A DNA stretch of 64,000 nt, from the NCBI GenBank assembly GCA_964016885.1, contig OZ024742.1, positions 48,608,001 through 48,672,000 on the forward strand, given 5' to 3'. The stretch comes from Eledone cirrhosa (lineage: Eukaryota). The stretch's first letter is position 1. Each line of letters begins with the position of its first letter. Made by a program: the position numbers and the translations under genes. The notes under the pieces were generated by a model, which worked only from the letters and a program-made list of their open reading frames with translations, was not told the DNA's origin and ran no database searches. Below, in pieces: positions 29,212 to 42,698 of the stretch.

Positions 29212-31190
29212 ATGTCTGAGCCACGCCCCCCAGCGATATGTCTGCTGTCGTGCGACAACGACGTAAAAGTTGCGAGGAGCTCTATGGCAAAATTAACAGA
29301 AATTGTTACAACAAACACCACCACAAACAATATGAACAAAGACAGCAATGATAACAACACTGAGAACTCTAATTTTGAAAAAGATGACAGTAACATCGAC
29401 AACGAAAATACAGATAACTGAAAAAAATGACAACAAATGCAACAACAATATTAACACCACTAACATGAAACACCAACAGCAACAATACCAACTGCACTGA
29501 GAACAACGGAGGCACCAAAGACAACAATGATAATAGTGACAGTGATAACAACAACATCAACATGAACAACGACAACAACAACACCCCCAACGACAAGAAG
29601 AAGAACACTTTCGCTGCGGGAGCAGCCAAAAAGAGGCCATGCTTCAACATGGACCTCTCAAACAAAGATGAAAAGTTGTCCCAGGCTTTGAAGCTCATCA
29701 AGCAATAGCAAACCTGGGCCAACTTAACTAACCCGGTAGAACTATTGAGGCAGTGGAGCGCAGAACGGTGCATTATAGATGCATATCAGCACAAACCAAA
29801 AGGGCAGCTTTAATTCCACAAGCAGATGTTGAAGTCGCGCTGAGGTGCATCAGATATGACACCTAATACATAGCGAGGGGCAGACAGTACGGCACCATTT
29901 CGGTGTTGTTTAAGTCAGAAGCCTTCGCTATGAAACACGCTATGATTCCTTGCAAACCAGCAAGGTCATAATGTACCCCTCACACATGGGAAAAAGAACG
30001 ACCCGTCTCCACATTCCCAGAATCCTACCAGGACTTGACATGTGGTGGCTTCTGGGATGTGTAATTGAGGAGGGGATGGATGCCGTCCCGATAGAAGTGA
30101 CAAGCACTAACAGAGAGGACTGGTCCGGGGTTGACCTGGAGATACTTCTCCAGATCAGGCCCGAGAATGTGATGACAATCCCGTACCACATCCGCCTTCA
30201 GAATGGGACGGTCATTCATATTATGACCGAGGGAGAAATGCCGCAATGTTTTGTTTGTGGGGAAAAAAGCCTTTAGCGAGCCTTCTCCCTAAACTGCTAA
30301 AGGATGCAAGGGGTCGAAGGGCTCCACTGCTGCCGACGCTGGAGCGAGGACCAACACCAGCACCGGCAAAACCACCAGCAACAACACCAATAGAAAGACC
30401 ACCACCAACATTGATCACCCAGGGGGGAAACGAGGAAAGTTGTCCCCTCCCCCCAACAAAAATACACACACCAATAAAAACATAAACACACACATCACAC
30501 ACTTACAGATACAGACCTCTCATCTATCAGTAGTGAAGATGAGGGAAAACCAAAATCACCCAAAATACAAAAAAGGAAACACAAAAAGAAAAAAAAAGCT
30601 CAACAAAGCACAAAATCACCCACATTAAAAAATGCAGACCCCACCCACGGAAACATCTATCTAATAACACCAACATCAACACCACCATGACTATCACCAC
30701 AATCCCCCAAACGCAAACAACCTAAACAGACGCAAGAAGAAATACACACACACAAACATCTGAAACCACAGTCACCGCACTCACAACAAACACAGACACA
30801 ACCGAAACAAAAACAACACCACGAAAACCATCACCACCACAGCCACGAAAACAATAAAATCACACCAACAAAACATACAAACCTTCGTGCTCACCAGGGG
30901 GAGGGGAGGGGGGGCAACAAGGAACAGATGGCCCTCGTAGCACGAAGTGAAGATATACAAAAAGGGGGGACATTTTTTAATCGAGCACATTTCGCGTGCC
31001 GGAAGATTTGTTTCTGGTGCGAATGTCGCTCGATTTATACGAAGAGATACGAGACAGCTTTCCTCGGGACGTGGGAACCCCGAACGTAAAACCCACTTCA
31101 AGAATTTTAAAGGGGTTCCCAAAAGAAACTCCACCAACTATGGAGGTCGAACAACCCGACCTTCAAAAGAGCCCGAAAGGTAAGTAAACC
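29212..31190 (+). pseudogene. Tx1-like ORF1 (disrupted)
   Basis: Low-complexity N/T-rich start, EGEMPQCFVCGEKS zinc-knuckle region, Pro/Thr-rich linker. Multiple stops. Confidence 0.7.
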
Positions 31191-31218
31191 TTTCCCCTCT
31201 CTCTTTTAACCTGCCAAC

Positions 31219-34200
31219 ATGGCCGTATTAAGAGTAGGAAGTTTAAATGTTCAAGGCCTGGGATCGAACTTGAAGCAGGGTCACCTGCTCAACGACCTCA
31301 GGTCTCTAGAAATGGATGTAATTGCCGTCAGCGAGACCAGGATTTCTGACACGCGCGCACTAGCCCCCATTTTCGATGACTATCAGATCTTTGCATCTGT
31401 TAGGCGGCCGGGAATGGGAGGCGGGGTGGCAGTGCTGTTTAGGAAAGGCTGTATCTCGAGGTAAGGTCGATCTCCCGGGACCGTGACGGGAAGTTGGTGG
31501 ACCTGGGCGTGAACAATAACGAAGGTGGTGCCTTTAAACTGGTGGCCGTCTACGCCCCTACTGGGGCAGGACAGCAGGATTACTATAGACACCTGGAAAC
31601 CTTTCTGGGTACGTCTCGCATTTACTGATAGCGGGGGCATGGAGCGGCATCTTAGACGCATGCTGGGACTGTGTGGGAGTATCTGATAGGAGCGGGGGGT
31701 GCAAAAGCCTCAAGAACCTGATCAGCCAGTTCCAACTGTCTGACAGGTACCGACTAGATTTCGCTAATGCACCAGTATGGACCTGGACTAACCGCATAGG
31801 GTCATCTCGATCGTATATAGACAGGATATTCATTACGAAAATATACAGAATAAGCTGTCCACGTTTTAAAACGGTCGCCTATTCAGATCACAAGTTTGTG
31901 ATCTGTATGGTCGACCTAGATAAGACGAGTAGGTTAGGACCGGGTTACTGGAAGCTGAACATGTCATTTCCGACACGTAAGGCTTACAGGGACCAGGTCA
32001 ACAATTTAGTTAAGAAAAAGTTGACAAGGGGAGTCGTCAACAATAGATGGTGGCGGGCTCTCAAATGAGAGATTAGGGTAATGTCGATGGAGTTTAGCAA
32101 AGAAGTAGCGTTAGAGAAAAATAGAAAGGAGGGGGAGTTGGTAGTAGCATTGTAACTAACGTGCTAGCGGTGAGAATGGCATTATACCATTTCTCCGAAA
32201 CACGAAGGTTGCATTGTCCGATCTAAGGCGCGTGCTCTGAAAAACGAGGGAACCAAAGCTGTTCGATGGGCCTGCGTGGCTTGGCGCAGCGTGGTAATAA
32301 AACCACGATTCGGTCTTTGACGGACCGAGATGGACACGAGCTGAGCGATTCCAAGCGGATGTGTGACGCCCTTCGCCAACATTTTGCTTGGTTGTTCGGG
32401 GGAAGTGGCGGGTCAGAGACGGTGGCGAACTTCAGTCCCTACCTCGATGGCTTGCCGCAACTCGCGACGGCCGACGCTGGGCGCTGCGAAAGGTCGATTA
32501 CTTCAGCCGAGATGCCCTTGTCGGCTGCATGAGGCACAAGTCATCCGGTTTGACTGGTCTGCCCTACGAGCTTTACGTAAATATGCCAGACTTGTTCTCC
32601 AATCTCTTCGAAGCGCTCTACTGCAACAGGCAGCAGAACGGCAGCATTCCCAGTTCTGTGAGCCGGGAAGACAAGTACAAGAGGGACATATTAGACAATT
32701 TCGGGCCCATAACACTGCTCTGCACAGAGTTTAAGATTTTGGCCAGGGTGTTAGTTAAGAGATTGGCACTTGTCGTCGGGGATTTGGTTGGGGAGGCGCA
32801 AAGTTGCGCAATCCAAACCTGGTCCATACACGACAACATCCACCTGATGCGATACATCATAGAGAGGGTAGGGTGTAATCCTGGCTTCGGTGGGGCTTTA
32901 AATCAATCGAAAGCATTGGATAGGGTCGACCATCGGTACCTGGAGGCTGTCCTCAAGACGCCTGGCTTCGGCCCTGTCTTCGGAAGCTGGATCGCTGCAA
33001 TGCACAGCGGTACCTGTTCGGTGGTCAAAATTAATGGCCACCTCTCGAAACCGTTTCAGGTCTCACGATCGGTCCGCCAAGAGTGCCATCTCTCCTCCCT
33101 TCTGTATGTATTGACTCTCGAGCCTTTACTTTGGAAGATGGAGCTGTTGCAGGGCATCCCGCTCGAACCGGGACGCGGAAAGGCTGTGTCGGCTTATGCG
33201 GACGACATTACCGTGATGGTGTCGGACACCTCAGAATTCGAGGTGGTCGGCAACTTATTGGAGGAATATGAAAGGTTGACGGGAGCAAAACTTAACCCGG
33301 AAAAGTCGGTGGGCTTGCAACTCGGCACCTGGAGAGGCAAGTCCTTGCCGTCCAACAACGTCGTTACGCACTGGAGGGACAGACCGGTAAAGTTGCTCGG
33401 GGTTTGGTTCGGGCCAGATCTCCAGGTGGATAAGAATTGGGACGAGGTCACGGGCAGGGTAACCAGTCTCACCCAGAAATGGGCTGCGAGAAATCTATCA
33501 CTGAAAGGTCGAGCGGAGGTGGCGAACTCGTATATCGCGTCCGTCATCTACTACCGTCTAACCGTCGTCCCTTGCCGCCGTTCGCGCCTCGCCATATTGG
33601 AGCGGCTCCTCTTCAAATTCTTGAGGAGGGGTCAAGTTCCGTTGGTGAGGTGGTCCATCTGCTGCCAGCACCCTCTACGAGGAGGGCTGGGTATGCCGTG
33701 GCTAATGATGCGCAGACATGCGGCATCTCCAGATATTCTGCCTAAACGGTGAACATGTGTGGTCGCCGTTTGTCAGACGGGCCTTTCCGCAGCTCGTCTC
33801 TTTGATTGAGCTGCAGTCCTGGGTCAAGAATAGACCGAGACTGGGTGACTGGCATCTGGAATGTTGCCAGGCACTCACTGCCCTCTACCAGGCGGGCAAT
33901 GCAGTCAGTGGAACTTCTACTCTCGAGGTCTATAGAGGATTAGTGGTGGGAAAATTGCGGCGACGCACTCGAAGAGGCTCTGGGAGTCGACGAAGTCGAA
34001 CTAACCAGTCTGTTCCGGAGGACTTTCAAGCCGGTGACGATGGATAATTTCCAAAAATCCCTCGCTTGGCTGTGCTACTGGGGGGCACTGCCGGTTCGAG
34101 ATAAACTGTACAGGCACGGAAGTGCTGTCAGACGGACCTGCCCAAGATGCGCACAGAGCGACGAAAGCGTTCTGCCTGCACTTGTCATGTGTCTGTGCAT

Positions 34201-34530
34201 TACTGACTTGTGGAGTTATGTCGAACAGCTGTTGTCGCGTGTAGAACGGATCCGGCTATCGGCTGATTCCATAGTGAATATCGACTCGCTGCCATCTTTT
34301 GGCCAGGAAGGGCAGGCAATTTTCCTCTGTCTGGTGGCAGTAGCGAAAGGGGTTGTATGGTGGACGAGGTTGAAAGGACTGAAGACAGACACTTTTCTCT
34401 TCGGCCAATCCCTCATCAACTTTTACAAGTTTCACTTCGAAAGGAAGTGGAGGGGGGAGAGAGATGTGCTGCCTCCCAGTACATTTGATGGAAGGAGGGT
34501 GAGTGGGCCTACTCTGGTCATGTGCCTGTT
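31219..34530 (+). pseudogene. Tx1-like ORF2 (APE endonuclease + RT + zinc finger), frameshifted
   Basis: ORF pieces 31219-31464, 31673-32068, 32388-33752 and 34034-34774 carry APE and RT motifs. Confidence 0.9.
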
Positions 34531-34796
34531 CGTGGGTAATTTTGAGGAGGAGAGGGTTGCCCTCCCCGGGTGCTCTCGAAGCGTCGGCTCGTTCTGGATT
34601 GGTGGGGTACCTGAGGGAACACTGGGTTGTCATCCCCCCTATTGGCGAATTTTTCTTGTATTCTTATTGTTGCTTTGTTATTGTTATTCATATTGTTTAC
34701 TCGATTTTTCTGTAAAACCCCACTGTCCCAGTCTTTTGTATTGTCCCCTATATATCGGCCCTTGTGACCAATAAATGAAATCGTTATTATTATTAC

Positions 34797-34982
34797 AGGG
34801 CGGTGGATTGGCAGTATCAGTAGAGGTTCGGATGCCATGCTCTCCAGCATAGTTACGTCCCTTTACGATCTGAGTTCAAATTCCGCCGAGGTTGACTTTG
34901 CCTTTCATCCTTACGGGGTCGATAAAATAAAGTACCAGTAATACACTGGGCAATTGCTGGCCTTGTGCCTAAAGTAGAAACA
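34797..34982 (+). mobile_element. tRNA-derived Nin/Deu-domain SINE
   Basis: gggcggtggattggcagtatc...gagttcaaattcc...gtagaaaca, flanked by attattattac repeats. Confidence 0.9.
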
Positions 34983-34984
34983 AT

Positions 34985-35860
34985 TATTATTATTACTATT
35001 TCTCTCTCTCCTGCTATTGTTATTGTTATGATTATTAATATTATAGCTGTTATTTCTATACTGCGAATTATTGTTGATATTACTACTATCGTTATTTTTG
35101 TTGTTGTTTATTTTCGCATTCCAGCGTATTTTTGTGAAACATTTTTCCAGCTCATTTTTACACTCGATTGGATTTATCTTTCTGTATATTGCGAATTTTG
35201 TTGTTCCTGTTCACTGATTAAAGTGTTCCCATAAATATTTAGTGTATGGTATTTGGTTAACTCTGCCGGTGAGGCTACATCTGTCATACGTATATTGTTG
35301 ATCTTATCTGGGTATTTTTGTAAACTTTCTTTTCTCTTTTCATCTTGTTTTTTCTTCTTCATCCATCTTAATTTCTTATTGAAATGTTTATTGCATTCGT
35401 TTTGAGCATATTTTGTTTCATGTCGAATCATGTTCATGAGTTTATTTACCACGTTTGGTGTGGTGACATTTTGAATTTCCTTAGCGTTAACGTGTTTCTG
35501 TTTGTAAAGATCGTTAATTTTCGTATATGTTATTCTTTTCATATCGACAGTTAAAGTGTGTTATAAGCTTTCAGCTTGTGTTTTGTTTAATAATAAATTA
35601 TTTACTTGTTTTGATATGTTTGTCGTGTATATTTTGAAGGAAACAGTGTTTTAAGAAACGAATTTGTTCTGTTGTTATTGTAGTTTTTATATAACAGAAA
35701 ACAGTGTCTTTCAATAACCTTTCAGTTTGGCACAAGCTAATGCCATGACGGCGAGGAATTTGTTTTGTAAGGTTTTTATATGAAATCATGTGTCGAAACA
35801 AATATTGTTATATTTGAGGAGGGTCATATTATTGTAATAATATTGCCAGAAATAATAACG
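34985..35860 (-). mobile_element. Probable 5' part of the PLE at 26757-28400 (N-terminal region)
   Basis: QIRFLKHCFLQNI, HFNKKLRWMKKK, then an Asn-rich tract that resumes at 28400 on the other side of the Tx1 and SINE insertions. Confidence 0.6.
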
Positions 35861-35960
35861 TTATTATTTCTGGCAATATTATTACAACAATATGACCCTC
35901 CCAAAGTATAACATTGTTTGTTTCGACACACGATTTCATATCAAAACCTTGCAAAACAAA
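35759..35960. repeat. ~100-bp-arm palindrome (centre AACGTT), 5' inversion of the PLE
   Basis: Arms 35759-35859 and 35860-35960, no loop, several mismatches. Right end abuts TA/CA repeats. Confidence 0.9.
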
Positions 35961-36000
35961 AATATATATATACATACACAGACACGCACACACACACACA

Positions 36001-36061
<61 letters not shown>

Positions 36062-36066
<5 letters not shown>

Positions 36067-36116
36067 AGTATGCATGTATACGTACATAGATATATGTATA
36101 CAGACGTACAGTAGCA

Positions 36117-36158
<42 letters not shown>

Positions 36159-36426
36159 CAGGTACACATGCATATATGTACGCATCAGTTTAGCGGACGC
36201 TTATTATAGCGCCCTCTTTGTTCGTTTGTAAACAAACTGAACAGCCTGAATTTATGCTTGAAACTAGTACATCGTTCCTGTGTCAGTGTTGAACAAAAAG
36301 GTGACGTGGTTGCCTTAACACCGTACGGCATAAATTCAGGCTGTTCAGTTTGTTTACAAACGAACAAAGCGGGCGCTATAATAAGCGTCCGCTAAACTGA
36401 TGCGTACATATATGTATGTGTACCTG

Positions 36427-36476
<50 letters not shown>

Positions 36477-36531
36477 TGCTACTGTACGTCTGTATACATA
36501 TATCTATGTACGTATACATGCATACTTACAT
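36062..36531. repeat. Inverted repeat with ~200-bp arms containing internal (TA)n tracts and a 70-bp spacer
   Basis: Arms 36062-36257 and 36328-36531. Confidence 0.92.
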
Positions 36532-36591
36532 TTAAGTAAGTGCCGTACTAAGAGTGAGAAATGAAATTTCGTTTTCATTTTATTACAACTC

Positions 36592-36618
<27 letters not shown>

Positions 36619-36623
<5 letters not shown>

Positions 36624-37207
36624 GGGTAAAAAGTTATCGTTATAGGCAATCCAGTTAGAGGTTGTGAGTACTCCGCGTCGTGAATAGTTTTAACGTACGG
36701 TTTTGTTTAACTCAACAAGATGTATCCATAGTTAGGCAGCGAGTTCGCGGTAATTCTCATGCAGGTTATATTTGGAGTAATAATAGTGAAATAATTGTTT
36801 CTACTTTTGGCACAAGGCCAGCAATTACACAGTGCATTACTGGTACTTTTATTTTATCGACCCCGTAAGGATGAAAGGCAACGTTAACCTCGGCGGGATT
36901 TGAACTTGTGAAATAATGAAGAGTAACATGGTTGGCTGTACAACAAGCGGCTTTATTTCAGTTATTGACAATTGTTTCATTGATCAGATGAGTCTAGAGG
37001 TCGCTAATCGCTTGAGGTTGCGTCACTCGATCTCCATTACATTATTTACCTTTGACCAATTCATCAGAATTTTAGTATTGGTCAGGGGTAAATAATGTAA
37101 TGGAGATCGAGTGACGCAACTTCAAGCGATTCACCTGATCAATGAAACAATTGTCAGTAACTGAAGTAAAGCCCCTTGTTGTACAGCCAACCATGTTACT
37201 CTTCATT
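36619..37207 (-). mobile_element. Fold-back PLE 3'-end element with hammerhead (36964-37070, minus), related to 37695-39208
   Basis: Arms 36915-37060 and 37077-37207. Minus strand: CTGATGA-attggtca...tgatcaat-GAAA-caattg-TC. Long tail toward (TA)n at 36619. Confidence 0.8.
36796..36907 (-). mobile_element. 5'-truncated SINE with 10-bp TSD
   Basis: gtgaaataat at 36786-36795 and 36908-36917. Confidence 0.88.
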
Positions 37208-37630
37208 CTTTCTGTGAAGAAGTTTAAGGAGAGAAATTTAATTTATTATGAAATAATATCTGAAGCTCAAAATATTATTACAATCAACAAACATCACAGA
37301 GCATGAATAGTGAATAATAAACGAAGATTAAAGTGGAATTGAGACAATTTATTCATTTTAATCGCGTTTCACCAGTAAGAAATAACATCAGTTGAGATAT
37401 AGGCATGCATACACACAGACATACATATATACACTCATACACCCGTCACCAGAAGGTTTTGATGGGTGAATAATGGTACACTTAGGCAAATTGTTACCCA
37501 ATAGCAGTAGGGTTAGCATGTCAATTAAGGTTGTAGAGTTGAACATTAAATTCATTTGGAAGCATTCATCTATTTCCTATGGTTTTAAAGCCCTTGAAGG
37601 TCTTAGCTCTGCTAAAATAAATAGACGTGA

Positions 37631-37694
<64 letters not shown>

Positions 37695-37695
<1 letters not shown>

Positions 37696-38449
37696 GGGGT
37701 AACAAATTATTGTCATAGGTAGTCCACTTAAGTGTAGTCCAGTTATGGTACTCCGGGCAGTGGATGATATCAACGCTTGGCTAAGTTTGACTGAACAAGG
37801 CGTTTCCATAGTGATGTTGCGAGCACGCTGTAATTCCTATGTTGTAAACACTTGGAGTAATGATAAATCAGGAAAGAAGAGTGACACGGTTTGCTATACA
37901 AAAAAGGTTTTTAATCTCATTGCTGACAATTGTTTCTCTGAACTGGTAGGTCTACAACACCAGAGTCAACAACACCAAATACAGTATCAACTGGTCGAGG
38001 TTGTCGGCCGCAAATACCTACAGTACCGGTATGTCCCACTGTAGGCTATGTGATCTAGAATTACTGTATATCCTTAGAAATGAAAAGAGGCTACTTAACA
38101 AGTTAGAAAGATCAATCATCTGCAGACACAGCATCGCCACTAAATTCACAAGATTTAAACCTCCGTGAATCGAACCGACGTAACTTAGCTTTCAACTTAG
38201 GATACACTCTACACTGCACGAACCACCACAGAAATATAATCATTAAGTACATTCTAGCCTTCTTAGTTCTATACCGCACTAATGTCGGTAAGTACATCAT
38301 CAACCCATAAATATATCTCTTCTCAGCTGCTGTCAGCACATGAACCTAAATCCAAGAACATTTCAAAATACTACTACAACAGAACTTTACCTTCCTCCTG
38401 TTATATTTATAGTCAGCATGTTTTCTCTTTATATGTATGTATATGTGTG

Positions 38450-38536
<87 letters not shown>

Positions 38537-38539
38537 ATG

Positions 38540-38594
<55 letters not shown>

Positions 38595-39204
38595 CCTCCT
38601 TAACCTCTGTATTAACTTGCCCATTATATCGCTACTCTGTTAATGTTGTCTTATACGTGTATGTTATTGATAATGAGAAAGCTAGACAAACCTTTCATCT
38701 AATATAGACCACTCAAATATTACTCTCCTCACTACAGTGATAAATTCTTCATCTGTCAGATAATAAATTAGTCTTACGGCCACCAGACCTATATTGTTAA
38801 AAGCCACCGGCTTAACTTTAAACTAGATATAATACACCCCATGACAGCTTTTACATGTCAAATTTATACATCTGCCTCATGTCAGCTAGTTTTACACGCT
38901 AAAATCGTAGATATACTATACTTCCCACCTAGATTGATGTTGTGAATATTTCAAATAATTTATTGTTAGTATTGTTGTTATTGTTGTAATTGAATGCCAT
39001 TACTACTACATATAGTAGCCATGCCTGTATATTCTTTTCATTCTCACAAGCTCCGATGAATTGACTGGTTATAACATTGTATTGGTGATCGAATAACGTG
39101 AAAATAAGCGGGTTGCGATCTCTAGATCTACCAGTTCAGAGAAACAATTGTCAGCAATGGGATTAAAACCTTTTTTGTATAGCAAACTGTGTCACTCTTC
39201 TTTC

Positions 39205-39208
<4 letters not shown>
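37695..39208. mobile_element. Naiad-type PLE relic: short minus arm with long tail plus a longer plus arm (GIY-YIG end + 3' UTR)
   Basis: 37868-37953 is the reverse complement of about 39123-39208. 38025-38140 encodes HCRLCDLELLYILRNEKRLLNKLERSIICRH. Degenerate hammerhead about 39050-39155. (TA)n on both sides. Confidence 0.82.
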
Positions 39209-39300
<92 letters not shown>

Positions 39301-39681
39301 ATATATATATATATATACATGTGCGTGTGTGTGTTCGTAAGCGTGTGTGTGTGTATTTAGAATCGATCTTATGACATCTTTTGTCTCAGATCTTCTTATA
39401 CTATTGCGCCTGTATATTTCGTATAAACACGCATACTGTGGATGCATTTGTCTCGACAATATCTTGGCCTTGTGCCAAAAGTAGAAACAAATATCTTACA
39501 CTTACCTTTCTATATATGTATATATATTTATATATATGTGTGTGTATGTATGTATGTATGTATATATTTATTTATCCGAGGATTTTGTCACTTAAAACAT
39601 GGCTCATATATACAAGTTAAATATTCAATACTTCAGATGATAAATTGTGTAATATCCTTTATTGATAGAGTACTTTGATAG

Positions 39682-39960
39682 CAAGGTGATCTGGCTGGAT
39701 CCCCAAGCGTGACTAGCCAAGCTCATAAATGTTATCCAACCATCTTGCTCCGGGTCTACGCCTGGGTCTCTTGCCGGTTGGTTTTGTCAGTAAAATATGT
39801 CCAGCGATTGTCCTGAGAAATTCTAACCACATGCATGTAGTATCGGAGCTGTGATCTCTTAATTCAGAGAAGTAGCAGCTCTACATGGAGTGACTCTCTA
39901 ATCACTGAGCTACACATCTGTCCAATGATTCTTTCCTGAGACATTCTAACCACATGCTTA
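39682..39960 (-). mobile_element. Expander/RTE LINE 3' fragment
   Basis: Minus strand RPRRRPGARWLDNIYELGWSRLGIQP, similar to about 21590-21660. Confidence 0.7.
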
Positions 39961-40084
39961 TCTGCAGTAAAGCCGCCTGCTTAAAACGAAAGAATACCCC
40001 ATTACTGTTTTAAAGGCCCCAGAGAACGCTGTGATAGAGGGGACAGGAAAGAAGGTACACTTAAGCCAGAATATATATATATAT

Positions 40085-40141
40085 AGTATTGAGTACTCTG
40101 GTGCGTTATGGTCCATCTGGTTCCTTACCACAATTCCTTTG

Positions 40142-40143
<2 letters not shown>
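40085..40143 (+). mobile_element. Solo 59-bp PLE tail between TA repeats
   Basis: Identical by eye to 7906-7963 and close to 59903-59960. Confidence 0.85.
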
Positions 40144-40225
<82 letters not shown>

Positions 40226-40386
40226 ATATTTATATATCCTAGGATTCTGTCACTTAAAACATGGCTCATATTCATATATACAAATTAATGTATTGAATAC
40301 TTCAGATGGTACATGGTGTCATATCCTTTATTGATAATTCTATCAAAGTACTTTGATAGGATTTATTCCGTTTCAAAAGAGATTGG

Positions 40387-40431
<45 letters not shown>

Positions 40432-40477
40432 TTATATATATATACATATATACATATATACATATATATACTCACAC

Positions 40478-40508
<31 letters not shown>

Positions 40509-41244
40509 TGTGAGAGTAAGACTGATGGATAGATAATATTTCCTTTTACATTGCCAGATTACAACATTTTAATTCGTTAGTATCAGTGTCACCCTGTCAT
40601 TATCTTATTATTCCTAATCACACCCTCACTTTAAATGAAATGCAATGATTTCCACACAATACGTAAATCAAACACGGCTTTTAAGGTATATGCCAATACA
40701 CGTGATGCGTTTGATTACAAATTAAGATTTTGCGATGATACTACTTCAATGTAAAATCGTTGCGTGTTTTAGTTCACTTTTTGCGCATGATTGTCAGATG
40801 ATTTGTGCTCGGGTGCAGATTATTCGAATAATTTGATTTTAAAAGAACGTGCATTTTTAATTAATGGCGTTAATTTGCAAATGCGATCAACATTGCACTT
40901 GATGAGAGCAATCTGTTTAAGATTATGTACGATTTTCTGTTATTATTCTATCTTAGTTTTATATGTGTAATGGCTTGCCAATATTCCGGAGGAGTATTTT
41001 ACCCAGTTTTCTAGGCTATCATTTTTAGCTACCGAGTTTACAGTTATTTTCTTCGTCTGGTATCCCTATTTTTTTATATCCTGCCCACATATTATGACTT
41101 TTAAAATTTGTTTGATTTTGGTTTTCATTCATGAATTTTTGCTTTCGAGCCGTTGTCTAATTAACAGAGAAAACAAATTCACAAGTCTCTACCTACACGC
41201 ATTATAGAAAACATTATTTTAGTGTACCAGTAATGGACTGGTAC

Positions 41245-41314
<70 letters not shown>

Positions 41315-41460
41315 TTTTGAGTTTATGTTGGTTGTATACCAACACCTCAGTATGCAGGCTGGAGCACTTGACGAAGTGCGCAGGTTGGTTTGATTACTCC
41401 GGAGTAGTGTAAAATAAAGTTAAATAAAAGTCAAATGATTAAAAGTTAGCTTCGTTTATT

Positions 41461-41515
41461 ACTGCTATATATATTTCAGTGACAGCCATCTTTAGCTGTG
41501 ACCTCTTCAGGCAGT
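41461..41515 (-). ncRNA. Minimal type I hammerhead ribozyme (3' pLTR)
   Basis: actgc-CTGAAGA-ggtcacagc..gctgtcact-GAAA-tatata-TA-gcagt. Confidence 0.88.
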
Positions 41516-42698
41516 TTGAATTAGTATGGTATAGACAAGTACATATGTTGTTTAGGTGTATGATATTGTCAATACTCTGATATGCCCAGTTCCTTGCTGG
41601 GTTGTTAATTCACTGGGGAACTGGAGTCATATGAATTCAAACAAACGAATTTTCGTGTCACAGGTCCCCTTCTCCTCTCATTGGTCAGTTATTAGTGTTG
41701 TCATTGTTGGAGTTAGCTTAAAAATTGATAAAATGGTAGAAGGGACAAGGTGTTGAAGGAACAAAATATCAAAAAATGTGTCAAACTTCCCATTGTTCAG
41801 TTCTGAGAGCATTCCTCAGTCAGAAGTCTATAGAATTCTTTCTGGGGTGAGGCTCCCTGTAGTGTTTATGCCTGCTATTGTTCAGTACATTTGACCTCCA
41901 CCATTATTTTGGTACTGTTGTTGTTGTAGTGGTCAGCTTATACCTTGCTGCTGCTAACAATTTAGAAGTATTCAGTTTGTGTTTTCTCTTCATCCCACCA
42001 GCCACCAACGTAGTGGTGGTGGCGGGGGGGGGGTATTTCATGTATATGAAGAAATATAAGGCAATAAATGAAGAAAACAGAAGATAAATAAATAATATAA
42101 TAAAATAAAATAATTAATATAATTTGTGTAATTTGAAAATAAATAAATAAATAGAGAATAAAGAATAAAGAGTAAATGAGAGATTGGTGAAAAAGTAATG
42201 ATAATGTATATGGAGAAGTGAGAAATAATGTAGGATAAAGTGTGTGTGTGTGTGTGCTATAACCAATCTCAAGGTCAGAATATGTTCGATAGATTGGTAT
42301 GATACAAGATGTTAAGATGAGATATTCAATGTGTTTGTGTTATAATCTATCTCAACTTAAAATAAATATAAGGTTATACAGTGAAGAGGGCAGAAAACAA
42401 ATAACAAATTAATAAAGAGAAATCAAGATTTAAGATTGGAACTTTAAAGTCAGAAATCTGGTAAATTAAAAGTGTTTGTGTTATAGATGTTGGCCAGATT
42501 ATTATGGCTGTGTCCGATTCTATCTCTAGGCTATCATGGTGTCTGCTCCGCCTGGGTTGTTCCCTATGGCTTGAGGGGAGTTCACAACCTAGGGTGTTGT
42601 AATTGTCCATATAGCTTGAGGGAGGTCTGGCCGAGAGGTGTTTTCATGTTCTGTAGAAGTCCCTATAGCTTGAGGGGAGTTCACATCTTCTTGTGTTG

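Larger units (their letters stand above)
29009..34780 (+). mobile_element. Full-length decayed Tx1/L1-clade LINE in an (ATT)n tract
   Basis: ORF1 remnants with a CFVCG zinc knuckle. ORF2 with GSLNVQGL, SETR, YIDRIF, YSDHK, GPGYWKLN, SAYADDITV, GGLG, CPRC. Confidence 0.92.
39565..40359 (+). repeat. ~120-140-bp direct repeat (about 39565-39681 and 40227-40359)
   Basis: aggatt(t/c)tgtcacttaaaacatggctcata...tacttcagatg...atatcctttattgata...agtactttgatag occurs twice. Confidence 0.8.
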
